In this document: piece by piece, positions 47,840 to 60,646 of the stretch
How positions within the stretch are numbered: the first letter of the stretch is position 1
How the letters are laid out: every line of letters begins with the position of its first letter
NCBI GenBank assembly: GCA_022605425.2
Contig: CM061246.1
Span: forward strand, 620,001 to 684,000
Source of the DNA: Hamiltosporidium tvaerminnensis FI-OER-3-3
Taxonomy: Eukaryota > Fungi > Microsporidia
Direction of reading: 5' to 3'
DNA: 64,000 nt
The notes under the pieces: generated by a model
Seen by the model: the letters and a program-made list of their open reading frames with translations, nothing else
Databases searched by the model: none
Told to the model about the DNA's origin: nothing
Position numbers and translations under genes: made by a program

Positions 47840-48334
47840 TTATTTAGAAGGAACTTTTAAAGATCCATCATTTATTTCTCGAATAACTTCTTTTGGACTT
47901 TTTCCATCCACCCTACACCCAATAGAAACACAAGTACCCAAAACTTGTTTGATTGTACCAGAAAATTCTTTAGAATTACTTTTATGCTGTATCTTTCTAG
48001 CCACATCAACAACATCTACCATTGTGATGTTTCCATGATGAGTAATATTTTTTTCTTTTTTTCTGTCACGTGGTGGCTCACGTAAGGCTTTAAGGATATA
48101 AGTAGAAGAATTTGGTGTTACTTCTAAAGTAGCCTTTCTATCCTTTATAGCTAGTTGTACGTTTACTTTGAGACTTTTGTATTCTGCAGTTGCTTTTTTT
48201 ATTTCTTCACCTAATACTTTTGCTTGTACACCGTGTGGACCTACCTTCTGTGCCAGTGTAGCTCCTGGTAATTCGCCACCCACACATCGAATGGCTACAT
48301 ATTTTGTACCATCATCTTGTTTCTGTTCTGCCAT
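47840..48334 (-). CDS. RPL12: 60S ribosomal protein L12 (uL11)
   Basis: RCVGGE, LAQKVGP, LKALREPPRDRKKEKNI.H.GN, VLGTCVSIGCRVDG..P. Confidence 0.98.
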   Translation of the reverse strand: MAEQKQDDGTKYVAIRCVGGELPGATLAQKVGPHGVQAKVLGEEIKKATAEYKSLKVNVQLAIKDRKATLEVTPNSSTYILKALREPPRDRKKEKNITHHGNITMVDVVDVARKIQHKSNSKEFSGTIKQVLGTCVSIGCRVDGKSPKEVIREINDGSLKVPSK

Positions 48335-48377
48335 TATGTAAGGGTTTGTTGAGAAAGATATAAAATTTTAAAAAAAT

Positions 48378-48710
48378 ATTTTAATTTTTATTTTGAGGGA
48401 ATGGAAGGAAGGATTAAAATATAAAATTTTGAATAAATGAAATACTGAAGTTTTAATTTTTATTTTGAGGGAATGGAAGGAAGGATTAAAATATAAAATT
48501 TTGAATAAATGAAATACTGGTGTTTTAGTTTTTTAACAATTAGAGAGGTAGGAGATAAATGTAAATATAGAATTATCACTACAAATACTAAAGTTATAAT
48601 TTTTTAACAATTAGAGAGGTAGGAGATAAATGTAAATATAGAATTGTTACTACAAATACTGGAGTAGTTACTTTATAAAAATAGAGAAATAAGAGAAAGA
48701 TGTAAATGTT
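48378..48710. repeat. ~72-bp tandem units upstream of RPL12 (two near-identical pairs plus one diverged unit)
   Basis: TTTTGAGGGAATGGAAGGAAGGATTAAAAT x2, ACAATTAGAGAGGTAGGAGATAAATGTAAAT x2, then AGAGAAATAAGAGAAAGATGTAAAT. Confidence 0.85.
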
Positions 48711-49149
48711 TTAGGATGCCAATATGGATTCTTATTTGTCAGTTGAATTAAAAAATATTAGTTAAGAAACAAAAAGAACAATTTTATCCTAAAATTTATA
48801 GGCGAAATATATTTTTAATATTTGAATTAAAAAATCATTGCTCAAAAAAACGAAACACGATATTTGAACTTACTGGCACAGAAAATAATTTATATTTTAC
48901 AAAAAAACCTATTTGGAGTAAATTATCAAGATTATATTAAAAAAGAGTTGGTAGATCTCTAAAAGATAATATTTCTAAATTCTTAGGATTGATAAGTTTT
49001 AAATTATACTTAAAATATGAGAGCTTCTAATACGCTTGATTATATGAAAGGTTTTTTTGGAATAATTGTAGTTAAAAAATCTGTTTGAATAAATTTTTAT
49101 TGATTAAGAGTGAATGATCACACAAAAAACAGACTACTTGGTAATTAAT

Positions 49150-49812
49150 AGAGAGAATATTTATAAAAAATATTGTTTAAATTTTTTGTGGGACGAAATA
49201 TACACTACTTCTCCGAGTGTTCGATTTGAATATGTTTCGGAGGAATATGATATGCGAAATAATTATATTTTCCATAAAACATAGTTCTTGGTTTTCTGTT
49301 TTAACTGGATTTGAAATCACGATTGAATTTGTGGGTATTTGTCATGTAAAAACATGAAAACCCAGGCTTGCTAACTCGAGTTTGAAGACTTAGTGCATGA
49401 AAATATACAAATTATCCACCTAAAATGCTAGGAAAGCCAAATAGCAGGTTAGAACATCGGCATTTCCAAGTAGACCGAATTAAGTCATCGATATATCTTG
49501 GTTTTGAATTCTATTAGGTTCCGATGTATAAAATAAGTGAGAATTATGCTGGTCTTGTAAGTGCTCAAGGAGAGTTTATACCTAGGATACCATTTCTAAG
49601 CAAGATAAATTAACGAATTTCGGACGATCGCCTTGCAATTATTTGGATTCATCATTCTTTTATATGAAAGACTTTGTAATGTAGGTATGATAGGGGATAT
49701 CAATGATCTATTAGGAGGCATTTATATTCATAACCCTGTAATTGGGTTAATATCATGAAAACAATAAAAAATGTTCCATGCTTGCACGAGAAAGTGATTT
49801 TAATTGAATAAT
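49150..49812 (+). mobile_element. Long-family copy H (very degenerate)
   Basis: catgtaaaaacatgaaaaccc, gaagacttagtgc, tagcaggtta, gtaggtat in family order. Confidence 0.65.
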
Positions 49813-50945
49813 TTTTTTATTACGAATATGATTTCTTTTAGAATTTCTATACTTCATTATAAACATTATTAGCAAAAATGGAACGTGTAAAAGGGGTTGA
49901 ATAAGTCTTAATATGAGTAGAGCATGGCATGGGTTTATCTTTTAAATAACATTAGAAAACTCATAATTAGAGATTATATAATATATCCTAATATATTATA
50001 AACATGTATAAATGATATTGAAGAGAATATTATTAAAAAAATTTTCATATTATTATACTTATTTAGATATTGCAAAATTTCAATGTTTAAATGAGTTTAA
50101 ATTGGATATAAAAACGTCCCAACAATGCTATTAAAGATTATATTTATTTTCAATCTATATCTATCAAACTTTTAGTAAAATATCTAACAGACGTAAAAGC
50201 AATTATTTTGTTTTTGATTGAAATAGTAAATAGCAAATTTATTTAAAATAATGAGACATATTTCTGTGAATTATATCGTGTGCAAATAAAAAACAATAAG
50301 AATTTATTTTTGTGCAATAAAAAGTTTACTGTTTTATGATTTTTAATTGAAAGTTGATTAATGATAGTAAGACCAAACAATTTAAAAATTCCCAAATTTA
50401 ATTCTTTAAATATATTTATTTTAATATATAATCATATTATAATTAGCATGAAGATATATAATTTTAATTTATGATAATCCATATATGTTAGTTCAGATTT
50501 CATATTTGAAAGCTATTGAATTATGAAACTGCATTGAATTTAAATATCGAATTATTTGATAAAAAAAATGCTTTATTTTTCTATTGAATTAATTAGGAAA
50601 TTTATTAATTAAATTAATATTGGTTGATATTAAAACTCAATATTTAAAATTTTTATCTCACGTCATAAATCTAAGAATCAAAACAAAATCAATACAACTT
50701 GTATTTAAAATGATTTGATAGTTTTTAATTAAAGAAAATATTAAGATGCCACTAAAACATTGGTGGATTAACTCATGTATCATAATTTCAAAATATATTT
50801 GATGCAAAAAAAATGAGAAAATGATTTTTCAGAAACCATCACGATTTAAAATCAAAACAATCAAATAAAAATATTCGGACTATTCGTTAGTTCCAAAACA
50901 TCTAAAATTAAAAAAAAGTATATAAGACGCAAAAAATGCAATATT

Positions 50946-52886
50946 ATGATATTTTTTCTCTTCTTGTATCGTGTGTTCTTAACATCTCCTTTGGTTAGCA
51001 ATGGACCTTTTAGACTTACTGTGGCAAACAATGAAAATCTAGTGTTGACATCTCACAACGCTTCGGTGAGAATGAAGGATATTGCAACCGCAACTGGGGT
51101 GAGTGAAGTTATAATGGAAAAGGCAGATCCACAAAGTAGTGATATGTATCGCATTAGAATAGGACAGAAATATCTCTGTAAAAAACCTTTTGATGCAGGC
51201 GTAGTTGCGTGTGATACAATGGATTCAAATAGTGTTTGGAAGGTCGAAACCGGGCCTGGTGGATTTGTTATGAGAAATGAAAGGGCTTGCTTGGTTAAAG
51301 CCGCACAGGATAATAATACTAAGCTCGGTGGGTTTTATCTCAATACAAAAGATTGTAATGATCAAAATTCTGAAAAATATTTTAGATTTGTTCCAACACA
51401 AACAACACAACCTACAGTTTTATACACACCTCCGCCAGATGCGACCCAGCAAGTTCAATATAGCAATGTGAGTATTGGACAAAGCCCTAACGGTTCTACC
51501 GTCATTACACAAAATAGTTCGGTTATACAAGGTGATAATACAATTGAAGATAAAACAGTGGTTGTTCAATGCGATGATCAACCAAGTGGATGTGAACAGC
51601 AACCATCATATACTTATAGTACTGTTCCACAAACTGTTCCTGTATATGAACCACAGCCTGTTTATGAAAGTTTTAACAGTGTAAATATTCAACCACAACC
51701 AACCGCTATTGTTGAAGCCCCCGTGGAACCCGTATATGTGCAAAATTTTGTTCCATCTGCACCCGTTCCTCCGCCTGTAGTTACACATCCTATCCCAAGA
51801 CCTATGCCTGTTCCGAGAAATGAACCCGCGCAACCTCAAGTTATAATTCCGAGAATAGAACCAAGTGTCCAACCAGTTGGGCCACCCGTTTTGCATCCCA
51901 TCCAAAGGCCTATTCCACAGCCAGTTATGCAACCCATTCCTCAGCCTATGCCTCAACCTGTAATGCAGCCTATTCCACAGCCCATTGTGCAACCGATTCC
52001 GCCGCCTCAACCACAACCCGTTATGATACCTATTCAGCAACCCCCGAATATTCAGCCTGTAAATCCGCCATTTGCTGTGTCGGCTCCTCCTCAACAGCCA
52101 ACACCAGTATTTAGGCCACAATTTGTTCCTCAAAATGTTGTCGAACAAAGACCCGAACCAAGTCAACTGCCATTAATTGTTCAAAAAACTCTTCCAACAC
52201 CTCCATCTCAATGTGTTGTTGCTCCGCCAAGTTCCCAACAACCCCCTATCCAATGGCCAATACAACTTCCAATTCAGCAGCCAACTTTGGAAAGACAAAT
52301 TGGATTTACACTTCCTTCACCAAAAGAGAACAAACCATCCGAAGCATGTATAGTAGAACCAAGCCCAGTCAATTTTGGTACCAATAATTTTAAAATGTCG
52401 TATCTTCCAGCCCCGCAAAAAAACATCAGTGATCTCTACACACCTTGCCATGCGGGTATGCAGGGATGTGAGTCTACCAACAAAGTAGCTTATGTGAATC
52501 CACAACAACCAAGAATTGTGCCAAGTGTAAGTAAAAGTGGTTGTGATGCGGCATTGAATTCTGCTTTAAGCAATGTTCCAACTTTTGTAAGAAATAGTAA
52601 CGAATGTGAAGTAACCTCTAACAATTTTACAGAATCACCATTAGTTGTAAACGATAATAAAAGCATAACGGGGGTAACTGGATGTAATGCTGGAGTAAGT
52701 GCATGTGAAGTAGTCAAGACAGATCCTCTAAATGTTGATCATATGCCTACACTGGAAGTGAGAAAAGGTTGTGAGGATCAGAGTGCATGTGCAGAAATTA
52801 ATCAACCTGGAAAAGTTAGTTTTACTGAGGACGCCAATCCAAACGGTTACATTTATATACATGGTGTACCACCTGTAAGAAATTAG
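50946..52886 (+). CDS. Secreted ricin-B-lectin-like domain protein with long Pro/Gln-rich region and Cys-containing tail
   Basis: Signal peptide; beta-trefoil-type YLC...GVVAC...W...CL...C...YF; QPVM/QPIP repeats; C-x4-5-C pairs in the C-terminus. Confidence 0.8.
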   Translation: MIFFLFLYRVFLTSPLVSNGPFRLTVANNENLVLTSHNASVRMKDIATATGVSEVIMEKADPQSSDMYRIRIGQKYLCKKPFDAGVVACDTMDSNSVWKVETGPGGFVMRNERACLVKAAQDNNTKLGGFYLNTKDCNDQNSEKYFRFVPTQTTQPTVLYTPPPDATQQVQYSNVSIGQSPNGSTVITQNSSVIQGDNTIEDKTVVVQCDDQPSGCEQQPSYTYSTVPQTVPVYEPQPVYESFNSVNIQPQPTAIVEAPVEPVYVQNFVPSAPVPPPVVTHPIPRPMPVPRNEPAQPQVIIPRIEPSVQPVGPPVLHPIQRPIPQPVMQPIPQPMPQPVMQPIPQPIVQPIPPPQPQPVMIPIQQPPNIQPVNPPFAVSAPPQQPTPVFRPQFVPQNVVEQRPEPSQLPLIVQKTLPTPPSQCVVAPPSSQQPPIQWPIQLPIQQPTLERQIGFTLPSPKENKPSEACIVEPSPVNFGTNNFKMSYLPAPQKNISDLYTPCHAGMQGCESTNKVAYVNPQQPRIVPSVSKSGCDAALNSALSNVPTFVRNSNECEVTSNNFTESPLVVNDNKSITGVTGCNAGVSACEVVKTDPLNVDHMPTLEVRKGCEDQSACAEINQPGKVSFTEDANPNGYIYIHGVPPVRN

Positions 52887-54664
52887 TAGGTCTAGTTTTG
52901 ATAATGAAAAAGATTAAAAATGTGTTTTTATTTATTACTTATCTCGTTTTTTAAAAATTTGTATTTATTTTGTTCCTTCCAAAACGCCTTTGATAATCCA
53001 GATTGGTATAAATTATAATAATATTCAAGCCTCATTTATTTTCATTATAAAGAATTTAAGAATAAAATACTTATGGCGTTTGCATCTTTTCTATTTAACA
53101 GGATATCACACTAACAATTTCGAAATGTTTGGTTTAGATTTACATAATTATAACTAACCAAAACAACGACAAGAAATATTTTAGAAATAATCTTCAAGAT
53201 TTTTCAGGAGTAATAATAAGAGATCTAAAGTAAATTAATCTATTATAAAATACATATTTATTATTTAGTCATTATCGGTCTTTCTTATTCTATGATTTCT
53301 ATTTATAATTAAAAAAGTATTTAATATTTATGTTCATGAATAATTTGGTATTTTAAACACTGTTGATTAAATGTGAATAATAATCGTTATAAATTGAAAT
53401 TTTATAATATTTGAAGAAAAATTTAAATTATATTATATCGATACTTTGAAAAAATCTAATCATTAAAATACTATCTTATTAACAAAATATAGACTATAAA
53501 AGAAATAATTGCAAAAATTAAGATCACTAAACATTCTTCAATAATTAAAAAAATGGTTTACAAATTTAAATTCTTGCTAATTTAATAAAATAATTCAATT
53601 ACTTAATATATTTATATGGGAATAGTATAAAAATGTGGAAATTTTTTTAATCTTCAAATAATGATTCAAATCGAACAAAAGGTATACAAAAATATTAAAA
53701 TGATAGACATTTATTGAATGAAATTAAAATCAGAATAGTTGGAACTAAATATTTCTCTCTAAGGTTATATTCTTATATATCGCAAATTTAATTAAAACAA
53801 TTTTAAAAGTATATAAAGTCCAATACTTTACGATCATTGCAATGTAAGTTTTTGCAATATTTTATAAATTAATTGATAAAATTTTTGTTATATTATACTT
53901 TATATTAAAATCAGAATATTTTAAATGGCAGGTTGTTCGTCTATATATTTCTTCCTTGTTTTTCATAATAGTTTTTTTCCTTTTATTTTAACTCACATTT
54001 CACTTGAACTACTCTTCTATATTTTGAGTATATGCATCACTTCTGGTCTTTTTGCTCTCGGGCAGAGTCGTAAATTTTGGTTTGGTTTGTTTAATAATTC
54101 TTAAATTTTGGTGTACATTTAAAATGCATATATATTTTCAAATAATCCCCGCTTTTTGGTGGCATCTAGGTTTATCCTTTCTATCTTCTCATATGTTTCT
54201 AATATTTTACAAAACATATTAACTATCAAAATTAAGTGTAATAACTTGTTCTTCAAGACTATTTATCGTATGTGTATCTAATTCTTATAGGTATCTTCTG
54301 ATTCATTAAGCCATACTATGTATTTTCTAGCAATTATACCTTAAATCAATTAATAATATTTAATTTACAAGCAATATAGATTTAAAATGATTTTTTTTAT
54401 ATAAATGCTTTTTTAAATCAGACCAAAAATTTAGGGGAAACAAAACACAAAGTTATATACTTACAACTTCTTAAAATCAATAATAATTTGTTAAGCAGAT
54501 GATTATGGTTTGATCATAATGTTTAATGATAAAAACGCTCTGCGATAACTACAGAAATATAAAAAATATAGAAGCCGTTACATTTTTTGAAATATATAAA
54601 GAAACATAAAAATAAATATAATGATCGAAATTTTATATCTAAAATACGTTATAATTGGCACCAA

Positions 54665-55085
54665 ACTATTACTACTAAGTGGCGCTACAGTTCTTGTAAA
54701 GCTCAGGTCTCATTAACAATCTTTCCCATTATTCCATACCCTGTGCCTTTGTTTTCCATTGCCTCATATTAAGCAACCTAAGGTCGTTTTCCGCGGCATC
54801 TATCCATCTTTCCCGTGGTCTACCTCTTCTTCTATTCCCTTTGAATTTATACGCGCGGGTTTGACTTACAACTCGATCAGGTGGTATTTCTATCACCTTT
54901 ATTAGCAATCTTAACCTTTCTTTTTTTTATTTCGGAAACCAAATTTAATTCACGATAGAGATCATAAATCTCTTAGTTCGTTCTTATTTTCCACTCGTTG
55001 TTAATGGTTTTAGACCCATATATTTTACGGAGTATCTTTCTTTCCCATGTGTGTGGAAGTGTTTCATCCCCTTTTGTAATAGCTT
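54665..55085 (-). mobile_element. 5'-truncated, decayed RTE-type LINE 3' end
   Basis: Minus strand reads WERKILRKIYG...WKIRTN*EIYDLY...RRRGRPRERW; ends CTGTAGCGCCA plus a TAG/TAA-repeat tail. Confidence 0.8.
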
Positions 55086-55943
55086 ACCCAACTACTTTTT
55101 AAATTGAATGTTTTTATTAACCTTTTAAATTAACACCAAACTTTGCGTTAATTTCACTTCTAAAAATATTGACAAAAATGAAGGAATAATGATTCGTTCC
55201 AAATATAAACCATTGCTATGTAAATGAAATATAAAATATCTTTTATTCTCCTCGCTAACATTTTCAGTCGGCTGAAACCCAGAAATTTAGTCATGATCTT
55301 ATTTGCTTACATTTAGAAAGTGTACGACTTAATATAGACACTTATTTTAATATTTTGTAGATCTTAAAAACCAACAAGTTAGATATAAATCAGATTTTTC
55401 ATTATATTAAGGAATATCTATAAGTTAGATCACGATAGATTTATAACAATAAACATTTGAAATCATCCTATAAGTACATAATTAATATGTTAATCTAAAA
55501 AATGAGTTAAATGTGATCAAAAAATATCACAATAAGTCAATAATATTTTTAAAGATCAAAAAGTATAAATTTAGGATGTAGTTTTTTTATTTTATGGAAT
55601 GTGCTATTCAAAGAAAAATAATTTGATTATTATCTTTTTTTACAAAAGTTAAATTTATTTTCTTTTATAAATTAGAAATTTGTATTGATTGATACAAAAT
55701 ATTTTATCAGGTAATATATATTTAGTAAATTATTATTCTGTTAAAAAACTCAAAGGGATGAGGTATCACATTTTTTGAAATGAGTTTTTCTATAAAATGC
55801 CAACTCAATATTTTCGTAATTTTTTTTATAATGGCCCAGGAAGTACATAACTAAAATTTTGAATTGAAAAAAATAGAAACACAAACGAGTTTTAACGAGA
55901 AAAAATTGTAAAAAATCACAAATTTAATCCTTAAAATTTTTTC

Positions 55944-56555
55944 TTAATCAACCGGTTGTTTGTGGGTTGTCCCAAGAACCGGACAATACTTATCTTGCAT
56001 GTGGTGTTCTTTATCCTCGATCGAATCTTTATTAAGTGATTTCTTGTAACCACTAGGTGAGAATTTACTCCTACTAGAAATCTCTTCAATTAAAAAATAT
56101 TTATCATCACCAACTCTTTCACATTTACCCAATTTGACAAAATAACCCATTGAGGTTAGTCTATTATCAAATCCACCTTTTATTAAACACATCTTGGTGT
56201 CATATGTGATGGAATAACCTCTATCGGTCTTGTTAATCATCCATTTGGAATTTTCTTTTTTATTTGCACATCCAACCACTCCTCTTTTGCTATTAGCTCT
56301 ACACATATAGCCAGTATTAAACTCAAATACCATCCATTTTTGATTATCCGAAAGACTTAATTTTATTGCATCTATGTTATCAGATGGGCCAATTCCACTT
56401 ATCCCCCTTGGCATATGTTCTTTCGATTTTAATCGCATTGTACTTTTAGACAGTGTAAGCCATAAACTTGGTTCATTCTTAAATTTAATTCTATATCGTT
56501 TTTTTTCATCAAATGACGTGTATACGAATATTATGTTGAGTAAAAATAACATCAT
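55944..56555 (-). CDS. Secreted ricin-B-lectin-like protein
   Basis: Signal peptide; YMC...GVVGC...W...CL...LGKC...YF; paralogous to the N-terminus of 50946-52886. Confidence 0.85.
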   Translation of the reverse strand: MMLFLLNIIFVYTSFDEKKRYRIKFKNEPSLWLTLSKSTMRLKSKEHMPRGISGIGPSDNIDAIKLSLSDNQKWMVFEFNTGYMCRANSKRGVVGCANKKENSKWMINKTDRGYSITYDTKMCLIKGGFDNRLTSMGYFVKLGKCERVGDDKYFLIEEISSRSKFSPSGYKKSLNKDSIEDKEHHMQDKYCPVLGTTHKQPVD

Positions 56556-58023
56556 ACACCGTTTAGACTTTTGTTTATAATTGTTTTTTTTTTAAAAAAT
56601 GTTACAGATAGGAATATAAATAATGATTCATTCTATCTTTGACATGTTTTATTTTGAAACAATATTGGAATGAGTTACCAAACGACAAATTATTTTTTGT
56701 AGATAATAATACAAATATATGTGACTTAAATTTAAGCGAAGTAAAAAAATAAAATAATTTCTGTTGAATACATTAGTTGATAATCAAAAACAAAAAGTTT
56801 TTAATTTTTTTTAGATCTTGATTTTAAAAAAGTACTTAATAAAAATTTATTAACATAGATAATAAAATTTATATTTTTATTAAAATTAATTTCAAAATAT
56901 ATAGATAAAGAGTCATATCTTAAAAAAAAGCAAATGTATATTTTTTTAATTTATCCAATATATTTAAATCCATAGACTTTTTTACAATCTTCTATAAATA
57001 TATTTATTTCCTTTTTGAGAAAATTACAATTTAGATCAAAATTTTCTTTGTTTAAATAGGTTTGACAGAAAGATAAACAGAACATCTAAGTAAATAATAC
57101 TCTAATTTTTTATTTTTATATGTTTAAATTTTATGGTTGTATACCATATTTTTTTGTAAAAATATTGATAATTGCATTAAAAAATAATTATTTAAAAATT
57201 AGAATTACATTAAATTTTATATAATGTCTTTTACTGATGAAACAGAATGTAAAATTTTTAAATTATATTATTTAGCACTTTAAAATTAGCAGATAACCAT
57301 ACAAATGACAAATTCCAATTTTATAATTAAACAAATTTGCACTTAGAATTTGTTGCAATAATATCACTAAATAAATTTTTAAATATCTATTTTAGCGAAT
57401 AATATATTAAGTCTTCTTTTATTGGAAAATTGTACATTTTGATTTATTAATAAAATATTATATGTTTCGTGATATTTTAAATAATTATAGCACTTTATAA
57501 ATAATCTTATATTATTAATTCGCTACAAGTATAGAGTTAATTTAAGGAACAAAACAGAAGCAGCAATTACTCTAAAATTTATTGATTATCTTAGGTTTAA
57601 TGATATTATTATTATATTTTATCAAGGGTACAAATCCATTAGAATATTAAAAATTATGTTTTTAGGAATTTTAATTTCGAAAAAAAAATATTTGCCCAAT
57701 TAAAAATTTATATAAATTTTGAAGATGATTTATTATTTAAAAGCTCAGCAATTTATTGTATGAATACTGATTATTTGATTTATTTTAAATTATTACCTAT
57801 TTAAATTTATGAATTTTAATATTCTTTAATTTATTATTTTTTTTTCTGAAACCTAAAAAGTTCTAATTAAATATTTTGTAAAAAATTTAACTTTTTACAT
57901 TTGCAATAAACGAAATGCTTTTTGGTTGTAAATGAACATAAAAAGAAAATAATCAATAAGAAAGGTAATTACGTGCTTGACTTGCTTCAATTAAGTTTTT
58001 TTGATGTGATTATCTTATAAAAT

Positions 58024-58252
58024 TCATCCGGGTGCAGGATTGGCTTGAAGTATTCTCTGCTTGTCGTAAGAGACGACTAAAAGAGACTGGTTCTCCACGT
58101 TGGGGTTGAGCGTAGGGCTAACAATCCATCTTTAAAACCACTTTGCTACGAAACCTGAAAAAGTAAACAAACCCACTGGAAAAAAACCGATGAACGATAT
58201 TACTGAGAGCGGACAAACCTCGTACAGTGCTTTAGTGCCAAAGATAATAATA
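58024..58252 (+). mobile_element. ~230-bp bipartite non-autonomous RTE-derived element
   Basis: CTGCTTGTCGTAAGAGACGACTAA and GGGTTGAGCGTAGGGCTAACAA 5' motifs; 3' TAGTGCCA plus (ATA)n; TSD ATC(T/C)TATAAAAT at 58012-58023 and 58253-58264. Confidence 0.7.
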
Positions 58253-58411
58253 ATCCTATAAAATAAACAATTTTTAACATTTTAAAACAATATATGATCA
58301 ATAGAAATTTGAAATCAGAACGAGAAATAGAAAAAACATTGAATAATAATTACGAACCAAGTATATTGAATTTATCTTAAACTTGTTAATTTTTATAAAT
58401 AAGGGTTAAAA

Positions 58412-59110
58412 GTTGAGAATGGATATCCACATTAAAAACCATATACTTGACAATATTGAAGAAAAATGTTATGGAAAACAGATTTTTGCTTTTTCGGGAA
58501 GATAAATACCTACCATGTTTTTATTGCTTTATGACGATTTCTAAAAAGAGGAAAAGGTCTGGGGAATGAAAAAAAATTCTGCTAATTCAAATTGTAGTCA
58601 TTTACTATATTAGATCGCTAATCACTACTATACTTTAGGGATTACCATATAAAAAACATGAAAACTTGACCATAGCAGCTTGCGTTGAAAAACAGACCCC
58701 TTGGATATAGCTAAAAAACATAACTTTAAGAACACGGAATGCTAAATAGCAGTATACCTGTTGATATGCCATTGCAGCGTCTAATGGATTTTTGTAAGTC
58801 GCCGATTATATCCTTATTGAAAATCATTTGGGTTTGAAAAGTGCGAAGTATTTGAAATGCTACATAGTCTTAGAAAAGCCCAGGATGAGTTTTTACCCGC
58901 AATACTATTCCAGGCAACATATATTAGCACATTGGGCGGCTTTCTCGCTCATTAAAGGATTCTAAACACTTTTTACACGAAAAGCCTTGAGATTTAAGTT
59001 TCTAAGAGATACCGATGGTGGTTTTTAGGGAAGGAAGTAAACATAATTAAAATATAACAGCGGTAATTCCATTAAAACAATATAGCATGTGTCACTGATT
59101 TAGAATAAAT
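58412..59110 (+). mobile_element. Long-family copy I (very degenerate)
   Basis: ggatatccacattaaaaac head, gctaaatagcagtatacctgttgatatgccattgca, catagtctt in family order. Confidence 0.7.
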
Positions 59111-59498
59111 TATATTTCAGAACTAAAACCAATAAAATCTCAACTATGTTTGAATCGTTAGAAAAACAAAGCAAGTTTTTTTTATCACTCATGGAATAAT
59201 TCATCGAAGATCTACAGAAAATTCAAATTTAAACAAAATTTCAATCGAAAAGTTTATCATTAATCTCAAAATAATTTTGGTAAAGAACAGATAAATATGT
59301 AATATTATTCCTTAAAAATAGATATCTATTTTCTTAGTATATTTGATTGGTTAATAAATAAATATAAAACATTTCTCAAAAGAACAGATCTATCTATTCA
59401 TAGAATATCTGTTAATATTAATTTTCAAACATTTTATTTAGCCATAATGATACATTTAGATAAGAATTATATTTATACATAAAATCTAGGATTGAATT

Positions 59499-60041
59499 AT
59501 GATATATTTTGTAATATTATGTTTAATTTCTTGTGAGATAGATAATGCAAAGGAATATATAATAGAAATAGCCGATGAACCACAAACAGTTTTATCATTA
59601 ATAAATGGAAAATTAAGATTTAGAGAAATTGATAACTTACCAGATATGTATAAAAATAAAGCAGAAATTGTACAATTTCTAGGAAGTGCAGATACTTATG
59701 AAATTAAACTAGGTGAATATGTTATTTGTAAAGATAAGCAGAGCTTTAGGATTGGTCTCTGCACACATTATAATCCTAATACATATTTTAGCATCAAAGG
59801 AAGTGGAATGGGATTTACTTTCGGATTAGAGTCTGACAAATTTTGTATTATAAGAGGGGAAAGAGATGATGAGGATAAGTATGAAGGTTATCATGTTGAT
59901 TTGGATTACTGTGAAAAACAACTAGAACATAAAACATTCAATATTACAGAATTTATTCAACAAAAAAGTTTTGAATTAAATCCAGGATATAAACGAGATA
60001 TAGATAAAGAGACAATGGCAGAATACTATTTCAAAGTTTAA
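59499..60041 (+). CDS. Secreted ricin-B-lectin-like protein
   Basis: Signal peptide; same four-Cys spacing (VIC..IGLC..FCI..LDYC..F) as neighbours. Confidence 0.8.
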   Translation: MIYFVILCLISCEIDNAKEYIIEIADEPQTVLSLINGKLRFREIDNLPDMYKNKAEIVQFLGSADTYEIKLGEYVICKDKQSFRIGLCTHYNPNTYFSIKGSGMGFTFGLESDKFCIIRGERDDEDKYEGYHVDLDYCEKQLEHKTFNITEFIQQKSFELNPGYKRDIDKETMAEYYFKV

Positions 60042-60646
60042 TAAAACAATATTATATAGTAATTATTAAAATAATTTTCAAATATTTTTCAAATATTTTT
60101 GTAAATCCAGTTTTCTAATATATTATTTTCAATTCCTATAAAGTATTATATATTCCATCTATTGGATATACTATCTTATTTGACAATATTGGATTAAATT
60201 AATATTCTTTTACAAAATATATAGCTTTTATAGTAATATGAGCTTTAATATTAAATATTCATAAATTTTTTTATACATATGGATCTATTAGACTATTTTT
60301 GATTTAAATAACTATAATATGAATTTTTAGCAGACAAATATATGATTCTAAAGTATGAATTAATAAAAAGTATAAGCTTGGTCAATTTAAAACATCCGAA
60401 TCCCTTTATATTGATATTTTTAAGTAAAACTATTGTAAAATTATTTCGAAAAGTATTGACTAAATTAAAATTTACATGTATCATAAAAATATAAAAAAAC
60501 GATTTCTTGATTGGTTTTTTAAGTAAAGAAAAAACCAAATCATTTTTCACTTACGTTTGATTTAATAGGTATAATATCAGACAAAAAGAAATAGTAAAAA
60601 CAAAGGTAACACCTTGGTTTTAAATAGAGGAAAAACGTTCGAAATA

